From assembly GCA_008369845.1 (NCBI GenBank), contig MRSU01010402.1:1-43140 (forward strand): DNA of 43,140 bases, written 5' to 3'. The position numbers were made by a program, and so were the translations under genes. The stretch's first letter is position 1. Each line of letters starts with the position of its first letter. The stretch is from Trichomonas gallinae (lineage: Eukaryota). Below the pieces are notes generated by a model that was not told the DNA's origin, ran no database searches, and saw only the letters and a list, made by a program, of their open reading frames with translations. Below are positions 1 to 7,753 of this stretch, one piece after another.

Positions 1-32
<32 letters not shown>
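1..32. repeat. poly(T) homopolymer at the window edge
   Basis: 32 consecutive T at positions 1-32; may continue beyond the window. Confidence 0.95.
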
Positions 33-33
<1 letters not shown>

Positions 34-184
34 AGTTTCATAGGGATAATAGTTTTTGTTTCTAAATCATTAATTCCAATTCGGGAAATCAGAGAAGCCC
101 AAAAGCATAGCTGTTATGTTTGATTTTGTTATAAAATATAGATTATAATAAGAATAAAATCAATAAAATAATTGAATTATTTTA

Positions 185-2158
185 TTATGTTTTGAGTCCA
201 GTTGAGTACTTTCTGTTTGTGAAAACGTACATGTCTGGAAGTGGAGTGCTAAGTTGAGTACCACTAGATGTAGTCACGTTAGCGACAAGCTTTCTGTAGA
301 TGTTCTCGCCTTGTGAAAGAGACAAAACTTTATTTGATCCCTTCTTGATGGCATCCTGTAGGCTTTGATCTGGTGTGTCCAGCTTGCAGAGGATGTAGTT
401 GTCCCTGTAAATTTTGATCCTGCAAGGAACTGTTCCGAGCTCAATGGAAACGTTATCAGGGTTGTACTTGAGGAAGTCGTTGCCTGTAACTGCGACGAGA
501 TTTCCGCCGTCGATTGGCCCTCTGTCTGGGAAGAGATCTGTGACACCAAAGATTTCTCGGAGTTCTCTGTTTGCGCAGACAACTGCAGCCGGTGGGCAAG
601 TGATTGAGCCGGCATAGCCATCGAACTTCGCTGCAAAGCCGTCTTTCTTGCAGAAAGTCTCTTGGCCGTCAACAACGAGCCTGACTTTCTTGTCTGTGCC
701 ACACCAAACTTGGTAGCATCTTGGTTCGGCAATTAAGCCACCTGTTGCTGACTTTTGGAGTGTAGAAAGGGCGCACGTTGAGTTAGCGACGAATGATTCG
801 CCGTAGGTTTCTTTTTTGTAATTTGAGTCAAGCTCAAGTCTCCTCTTAAGACCTGCTGAACCCTCATCTCTGCATGAGTACCATGGTAAAATGAGGTTTG
901 CGAAATCAAGAAGATCATCCGAGCCGACTTTGTTTTGAACATCTGGATTATACCATTTTTCATGGCCATATTTTTCATATAATGCAGACCAGCTTTCAAG
1001 AGAGCAGACGCCAGTATATGTGTAATCATAGAAGCAGGCGTTGAGAGCTTCTGATGTGCATTTATATGAAGGTGGGAATGAATGCTGCGGGGGCTTTAAT
1101 AGAACATCCTCTGTTACTTCAATCTTAGGATTCAATTGATCGTCAAGATAAACCAAGTCTTCGATTAAATCTTCAGATGGAACATACCATCCGGAATCCC
1201 AAAGCGTGTAATAGAAAATAGGACTCAGCCAGCCTGGACCGTATGTTCTGCCCTGCATAAGGTCAGTGAAGAAAAGTCTTTCATTAGGATGAGAACCTGC
1301 TGTACCAGATGAGCCACCATCTTCGATTTCAAGACCCAAATTGGTGTTCTTCTTTACATGGAAGCGCTCGTTTACGAATTTGGTAAGCTTTGGAGTGTTC
1401 AAGAAAACATGTCCAATGTCCATTTCCGTCCGGCTCTGCAATTCATTGAGGCTGTGAACATCAGAAAGTACTTTTCCATCTGCATCTGTGTATTTCAATG
1501 CGTTACTATTCTGCTCATCTTTATAATATCCCCAATGGCTGCTGCTGAATGATAAAATATGGTTCAATTCATGAATAACAGTCATAATGAATTGTCTGTT
1601 TCCTGATTCAAGCGTTTGAGCAGATTCTGGGAGTTTCGAAGGATTAATATGAATATTTCCTGATAAGGGTCTGTGTGTAGTTGGGTTTCGGCTTGCTGCG
1701 CTAGCAAAAGCAAGACCAGAAGATCCTACATCAAAATCTGAACCTCTTGCGTAAACCGTAATCGTAAGTTGATCAGAATCACTTGGATACAATTTTATTC
1801 TTTCTGTAAGGTATGCGTGGACATAATTAAACGTGTCTTTAATAATTTGCTTCTTTGAAGCCGTCAATACATCGGATTCTTCGCATTTAGCGTTTTGTCC
1901 ACTTCCTGTAGTACCCTTTCCTGTGCATGCTTCCTTATCATCATCAATCAAAGCCATATCGAATTTTAATTTAAATTCGGCGGCATTATCAAAAGTAATA
2001 TCTTGTCCTGGAGTTGATGAATTCGTAGTTGTCGTTATCTCCTTTGTAACCCTAATTGGTTCTGGTTCGTTCGATCTCATTGCCTTGTGCTCATAGTAAT
2101 CATGCATGCATGTCACAATCTCCGAGGAAGACAAGGAGGCGAAGATGAAAACAAACAT
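185..2158 (-). CDS. GP63: GP63/leishmanolysin-like zinc metalloprotease (peptidase M8) with C-terminal IPT/TIG domain
   Basis: Signal-like N-terminus MFVFIFASLSSS (ATG 2158); propeptide CMHD; HELNH zinc motif; EDGGSSGTAGSH...DLM (third His and Met-turn); D.GWY; Cys-rich region; PDRGPIDGGNLVAVTG...C...C IPT signature. Confidence 0.9.
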   Translation of the reverse strand: MFVFIFASLSSSEIVTCMHDYYEHKAMRSNEPEPIRVTKEITTTTNSSTPGQDITFDNAAEFKLKFDMALIDDDKEACTGKGTTGSGQNAKCEESDVLTASKKQIIKDTFNYVHAYLTERIKLYPSDSDQLTITVYARGSDFDVGSSGLAFASAASRNPTTHRPLSGNIHINPSKLPESAQTLESGNRQFIMTVIHELNHILSFSSSHWGYYKDEQNSNALKYTDADGKVLSDVHSLNELQSRTEMDIGHVFLNTPKLTKFVNERFHVKKNTNLGLEIEDGGSSGTAGSHPNERLFFTDLMQGRTYGPGWLSPIFYYTLWDSGWYVPSEDLIEDLVYLDDQLNPKIEVTEDVLLKPPQHSFPPSYKCTSEALNACFYDYTYTGVCSLESWSALYEKYGHEKWYNPDVQNKVGSDDLLDFANLILPWYSCRDEGSAGLKRRLELDSNYKKETYGESFVANSTCALSTLQKSATGGLIAEPRCYQVWCGTDKKVRLVVDGQETFCKKDGFAAKFDGYAGSITCPPAAVVCANRELREIFGVTDLFPDRGPIDGGNLVAVTGNDFLKYNPDNVSIELGTVPCRIKIYRDNYILCKLDTPDQSLQDAIKKGSNKVLSLSQGENIYRKLVANVTTSSGTQLSTPLPDMYVFTNRKYSTGLKT

Positions 2159-3198
2159 TATGATTTTTTGCACTTTTCAAAGCATTCAATTTCATTTTGA
2201 TCGGATATATATTGTTATATGTTATTTTGATGATTTTGTTTTTCAATACTTTACAAATTAATTCAAAAGCAAGAATTATAGAATTTAAATATTTATATAT
2301 TAATTGATATTACAATAAATGAATCAAAATTTTTCTCTTTCATTATTGAAAAATTGTTATAAAATGTGGTATATATGCGATCGATGAGTTCCAAAAAAAA
2401 TATAAAAATGAAGTTTTTCATAGAATCGTAAATAATAATTGAATGGAAAATTATCGTTGATCAACATCGATGTAAAGTTTACAAAAATCTGGTATGTCTT
2501 TATAAAAAAAATCCCGTTCGTATTCAAATACATCTTATTAATAGTTCTTTGTTCGAAAAGTCGATAATCTTTTTTCCTTTATTATTTGACAAAAATAAGA
2601 GTTTATGACATGTAAAATGATGTAAGATTTGTCGGAATCAATATATTTTAGATATGAGCTTGATTTTGTTATTCATATCTTAAAATCGTTGAAACACATA
2701 AAAATCCTCATCATGAGAAGAAGATTTAACGCCTTCATGATGACTTTTTTATGAAGCACAAATCAAAACTGTGATGTTGCCTTAATCTTCAGCCTTGACA
2801 TATATATATTCTGAGAGCTGTGATAAAGAATTTAACAACTTCAACATGCTATATCTTGGAGCACAAATCAAAGCCTTATTGGCAACATAAAATTGAAGGT
2901 AAATCTGTTAAACTCAATATCATTGGGAACGACACAGTCATACTTGATGTTTCCACTATATTTTTTTGATTGAACGATTAAATTAGTTTCATACTAATAT
3001 TCGTTTTTATCATCGAAGAAATTCTCTTTCACAGCTAAATTCATAGCATTAAAATCTCTTTCTGCATACCGTCGAGACATGTGATATAACAGTCAGTTTA
3101 AATATGGAAGATTTCAGTACGAATCATTTTTTTAATATAGGTTCTTATAGTGTCAACCCCTATTTTATTTTTCAAAGCTTGACGTTAATTCAAAATTA

Positions 3199-4359
3199 AT
3201 GAGTAATGGAGACAGAATTATTCAGACGCCTCGAACGCCTAAAATTAAGACAATGAACTCGTCAGACATTATGTCGCCACTAGTCAAAACTCCAAAGAAT
3301 AAATCACCATTATTAAAAAAATCACACTCATCATATCCGGACTTTTTCTCAAATCTTTCATCACCTCGAATTGTTTCAAGCCCATTAATGAAACGACCTG
3401 TAAGAAACGATATACCTACAAAACCATATTTTACATATGATATTGGGCACGTTATTCCAGATTTTTACCGATCTCCACTTGATTGGTCGGCACAAAACAT
3501 TATTGGAATGATAGGACAAAAGAAACCATTACTTTATAATTTAGATCTTAATAAATCGATTCAGATATTTTACCCTTTCAATGACTGCAATGCTCTTAAA
3601 TTCTCACCAAATGGAGGAATTATGGCTCTTGGATCTGATAATGGCGTAATTTCAATTTTCAGCTTCGAAGGAAACCAAATAATTGCATCATATCAGAACA
3701 ACCACACATCTGTCAACTCCATAGAATACAATAGCAACTGTCTAATCTCATCCAATAACGATGGCACAGTAACAATTTATGATGATCGAGATTCTAACGA
3801 AAATCCGATCATTCTGCAAGCGTTTGAGTCATATGCGATAACTACTAAGATCAATCCCACTGGAAATCTGTTCATGGTTTCATCAGATTCTCCTATAGTA
3901 AGAATTTGGGATTTTAGGAAACTGGATGAGCCTTATTGCGAGTTTAGCGAGCTAAACTCAACCGTTCGCGCTGTAGATTGGAATCCGCTGCAGCCAAACA
4001 TCGCTGCTGTTGGTGGAGGCTTTGAAGATCGACAGATTAAAATCTTCAACTGCGACAACGGCAAAATTCTTTCCTGTGCGACGACAACATCCCAAATATG
4101 CAACATATTCTGGAACAAGGACTATAATGAGATTGTCGCAACTCATGGTTTTACTGATTATCATATTTCACTCTGGAGGGCTTCTGACTTGAAAAAGTTG
4201 TCAACTATCAATGTCAACCACGACAGAGTGCTTTATGCGGCAATGTCGAGAGATAATTCAAGATTAGTGACATCTTCGCCAAAAGATCCTCTAATGTTTT
4301 GGCTAATGTTTCCTAAGTCTGCAACTAAGACAGATATTGAATCTAAGTTTATCAGATAA
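3199..4359 (+). CDS. CDC20: Cdc20/Fizzy-family APC/C activator (WD40)
   Basis: DFYRSPLDWS, AVDWNP...GGG..DRQIKIFN, SQICNIFW...EIVATHG, RVLYAAMS, C-terminal IR tail; N-terminal S/T-P sites and degenerate C-box DRIIQTPR. Confidence 0.88.
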   Translation: MSNGDRIIQTPRTPKIKTMNSSDIMSPLVKTPKNKSPLLKKSHSSYPDFFSNLSSPRIVSSPLMKRPVRNDIPTKPYFTYDIGHVIPDFYRSPLDWSAQNIIGMIGQKKPLLYNLDLNKSIQIFYPFNDCNALKFSPNGGIMALGSDNGVISIFSFEGNQIIASYQNNHTSVNSIEYNSNCLISSNNDGTVTIYDDRDSNENPIILQAFESYAITTKINPTGNLFMVSSDSPIVRIWDFRKLDEPYCEFSELNSTVRAVDWNPLQPNIAAVGGGFEDRQIKIFNCDNGKILSCATTTSQICNIFWNKDYNEIVATHGFTDYHISLWRASDLKKLSTINVNHDRVLYAAMSRDNSRLVTSSPKDPLMFWLMFPKSATKTDIESKFIR

Positions 4360-4726
4360 TTTTCATGAAATTTGTTTTTTTTTTTTAAATGTTTGAATTT
4401 TTATTGTAACCCTTCTTATTTTTCCAATACTGCTACACTGAATAATATATTTTGAATCTGCACTGTTTAAAAATCTCTTTCAACAATAAACCAAATTTTA
4501 AATGCATAATTGATCTTTTATATGTGAGAACCTTATATAAAATCCAAAAGGAATGTATCAAATATGTTAAAATTGATGATTTCTCTATTTAATAAATTAG
4601 GATTGAATTTAACAATGATAATGATGGATTTCTCATTTGACATAATAATATTTAAGTAAAATCTAGCAATATGATAGATAATTCGATATGTTTACAAACA
4701 AATAATGAAAATTTGATTTTAAAAAA

Positions 4727-5428
4727 CTAGTCACGAAGCTTTGGAGAAACAAATACAAGCATCCAATTCATGTTCTCAGAAATATGTGGATAAATTGATG
4801 GATGGAACAAGAATCCTGGTAAAATTAATATTCCATCAAGAAGAAACAGAACAACCCAAAATGTTCTGACGACTTTGAAAAATATGAACATGCACACGAG
4901 TATTGAGATCCATGAAAGCTGTCCAAAGAAAGATAAATCCGATAATTTGATAAAACAGCTGTTATAAAATGAGTAGTAGCGGCTTCCGAAAACCGAAATG
5001 ATATGTGCAATGTTTTCCAATGGATATATTCTGTTTGACGCTGTAGAATCGTAGTCTACAGGAACTGATGGGAAAAATACGCTTGAGAGAACTCCATGGT
5101 GCTCGTGAATCATTGCTATATATACCAAAGAGACTGTGATAATGATTGTAACATTGATTATCGATAAATTAAGGAAATAAATTATTATTCCCCAAAAGTT
5201 TATGTATAAGAGTGCTAAAATAAGTTGGACGGGTCTTCTCCATAGAAAGAATGCCTGGATTTTGTCTATTGTGTCTTTATAAGGCGTTAAAATTTCAACT
5301 AAATTTTGTTCGTTAAGCTCTGGCGAATATGGAACATTGAGACGAATTGTCTGCTGTTCTTCATGCTGCTGAGCCTCCTGCGCGAGCTCAGAGTTTGAAG
5401 ATGAAGCGCTAAAACCAAAATCAGTCAT
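4727..5428 (-). CDS. Membrane protein, reticulon-homology (FAM134/ARL6IP1-like)
   Basis: Two long hydrophobic hairpins separated by a loop; FLWRRP motif before the first hairpin. Confidence 0.55.
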   Translation of the reverse strand: MTDFGFSASSSNSELAQEAQQHEEQQTIRLNVPYSPELNEQNLVEILTPYKDTIDKIQAFFLWRRPVQLILALLYINFWGIIIYFLNLSIINVTIIITVSLVYIAMIHEHHGVLSSVFFPSVPVDYDSTASNRIYPLENIAHIISVFGSRYYSFYNSCFIKLSDLSFFGQLSWISILVCMFIFFKVVRTFWVVLFLLDGILILPGFLFHPSIYPHISENMNWMLVFVSPKLRD

Positions 5429-5939
5429 TTTTTTGAATTCTGCTAAACAAGATTAAAATATGACGTGTAAATATTGTATTTGTCATGTAAATTAAAATTG
5501 GTGAAAAATTCATATCATAAACTCATGCATATGTAGGGTATAATACTAATTGAGAAAACAATAATCATGTTATTTTCCAATAAAGAGAATAATTTTCAAG
5601 CATTTCTTACTTGAAATATGTTAATATGTTAATATTTTAAAAAATATTATGAGGTTTAATTTACAACAAGGATATTAAGTAGATTTGAGTTATATGCATT
5701 ACATATGTAGAGCATTCTAGAAAATATCTGGTTAAATAAACAAAATATAAAATTTCATGCTCTGATCTTCTTATTAACTCTGTTAGTACTTGAAAAACAG
5801 GTATGGGATTCAACATTCACGTTGATTTTGTTGAAAATGTCGAAAAACGAAATGAAATTCTGCATTGAAGATAGAATCAATTGTAAGATCCATAAAAGGA
5901 TGTGATAAGTAAAGAAATATGGATAATATCAATTAAATG

Positions 5940-6536
5940 TTATTCCTTTTGAATTTCAAGTTTAATATTGTAATATATTGCATCTAAGAGCTCTTCTAAT
6001 TCTCTAATAGATCCTACGCGATATTCGTCTTTATCAGAACCAAAAATAATAGAATTCTTTTCTAAATTAAAAGTTGGTGCGATTGGTAATGACGATAAAA
6101 ATGTAATTGTCTTTAAAGAAGCAGCTCCCTTTGTGAAGGTTATTTTGTCTGGGTAAACAGTGTATTGCAATTTAGTTTTAATAAACGCAATAATTTTCTT
6201 AACGTAACCTGTACTTGATTTTGGTTGAGTGTTATGGAGTATGATATTATTCCATTGACTATATGCGGTACTGACGTTTTCAAGGAAGTGAAACGTATCA
6301 AAAATAATATATGAATAAGTAAATATAGAATTTCCTGCAATATTAGTATCATCGTAGAATTCTAATACATTTGGATATGGATAATTGGTGTTAGGTCTAA
6401 GTTTGTATATTCCCATATGAATTGCCGCAAAGGGTTCTGAAGATTCATTGTCAGAGAGCTCAATGAACTGGCCTATAAACTTTATCCAGCATCGTTTCCA
6501 GCTTTTTGATGAAGGAAAAAGAAAATTGTAAAACAT
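5940..6536 (-). CDS. Hypothetical protein with possible N-terminal PH-like domain
   Basis: First in-frame ATG at 6536 (the ORF-track extension runs through the tRNA); KSWKRCWIKF resembles PH beta1-beta2. Confidence 0.5.
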   Translation of the reverse strand: MFYNFLFPSSKSWKRCWIKFIGQFIELSDNESSEPFAAIHMGIYKLRPNTNYPYPNVLEFYDDTNIAGNSIFTYSYIIFDTFHFLENVSTAYSQWNNIILHNTQPKSSTGYVKKIIAFIKTKLQYTVYPDKITFTKGAASLKTITFLSSLPIAPTFNLEKNSIIFGSDKDEYRVGSIRELEELLDAIYYNIKLEIQKE

Positions 6537-6557
6537 TTCAAGAATGGCATTTTTTTG

Positions 6558-6572
6558 AAAAAAAGAAAAAAA
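6558..6572 (-). terminator. RNA polymerase III oligo(T) terminator of tRNA-Ala
   Basis: T7-C-T7 directly 3' of the tRNA on the minus strand. Confidence 0.8.
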
Positions 6573-6644
6573 TGGATGCAGGGGAGATCGAATCCTCGGC
6601 CTCAACAATGCAAATGTTGCGCTCTACCACTGAGCTATGCACCC
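6573..6644 (-). tRNA. trnA-UGC: tRNA-Ala(UGC), intronless
   Basis: Reverse complement GGGTGCATAGCTCAGTGGTAGAGCGCAACATTTGCATTGTTGAGGCCGAGGATTCGATCTCCCCTGCATCCA: acceptor stem with G3:U70, D-arm, anticodon stem CAACA/TGTTG with loop TT-TGC-AT, TTCGA T-loop, discriminator A. Confidence 0.96.
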
Positions 6645-7118
6645 TTTACATTGGTTTTAATCTTGTATATCTTTAGATAATAAAATTATATCATTATTCT
6701 TAAAATCAACAAAAATGTTATTTATAGAAATACTGCATCAATGTACTGCAAAAAATTGATTTGGTAAACTTGCACTATTAAATCATTTTATGAAATTTTC
6801 ATATCATAGGATTTCTATTATCATATTATGATCACTCTATAGATTGGATTTCTTTTATTTGGTACTTTGCTAAATATACCAATGATTTTGTATGATATGA
6901 TATAATAACAATTTTAGATTAAAAATAATTACAGCAGGCAATATTTGGTATTAATACATGATATTGGATCAATTTCTCATGGAATTGGATAGAGATTATT
7001 TCGAAATTATTTTCTATAATGACATTTAAATGGAATTTTGTACTCATCAACTCTATATAAGCATTTTGTGAGAGTAGAAATCATTGAATTGAAGCTTATC
7101 AAATTATATTTTTGAAAT

Positions 7119-7697
7119 TCATGTATTTGAATGGAAGAATGATGTAATAATCATATATGGAATCATTAGTTCTGAGTACAGCGGATCATTCTTGGATTCT
7201 AGATTATTTAATTGCTTGACGATTTTATCAAGGATTTTTTGCATGTTAGCTACAGAATCATCAGGAGCAAGTCTGGTTTCATATATGGCAATTGTGAAAA
7301 TCCACATTAAATCATTTTTATTGTATGGAATTTCGTAATTTGCAAATAATCCAAATAAATCGCATATATCATCACACCCTGCAACACTACTGAGAACTGG
7401 AGGCTCTCCGTTCTCAATACTTTTGAGTAAATTATCGATATTATTTTCTTCGTGAGATTTTCCGAGAACATTTATGTAGATTCTCATGTATTGGAACCAC
7501 ATCATGAATTTCTCCTTCCATTCTTTATCAGGAAGAAGTTCTTCCTTTAAATTATTTCCATTTGTCGTTGAAATATATTTAAAAGCTGCTGAATTTGATT
7601 CTGTTGGCTTCTGTTTTTCACTGTTGTCCTCTTTTTGCTGTTTTTCGTCGGTTTCTTTCTTCTTTCCTGTCATTAATTCGAAAACACTTGGCTTCAT
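7119..7697 (-). CDS. Gemin2/SIP1-like SMN-complex subunit
   Basis: P..EW...F...F...R, PPVLSSV, WIFTI...L.P and LESKND...L.I..IITSFF parallel Gemin2 blocks (PPLLSIV, WLYALL, SKDD...LNLLICLVSRYF); ATG 7697 preceded by initiator-like TCATT. Confidence 0.6.
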   Translation of the reverse strand: MKPSVFELMTGKKKETDEKQQKEDNSEKQKPTESNSAAFKYISTTNGNNLKEELLPDKEWKEKFMMWFQYMRIYINVLGKSHEENNIDNLLKSIENGEPPVLSSVAGCDDICDLFGLFANYEIPYNKNDLMWIFTIAIYETRLAPDDSVANMQKILDKIVKQLNNLESKNDPLYSELMIPYMIITSFFHSNT

Positions 7698-7753
7698 ATA
7701 AATAATAATGAAAAATAAAACATATCCAATAAAAAACAATTTATTAAAAACAT

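Noticed and set aside
2708..2814. Possible C/D snoRNA (ATGATGA at 2737, CTGA at 2811) and 9-bp inverted repeat TCATCATGA/TCATGATGA
   Set aside because: Weak terminal stem, no recognisable rRNA-complementary guide, an internal T-run; expected by chance in AT-rich DNA.
6537..6608. N-terminal extension of ORF 5940..6608
   Set aside because: It has a non-ATG start and runs through the tRNA-Ala gene and its terminator.
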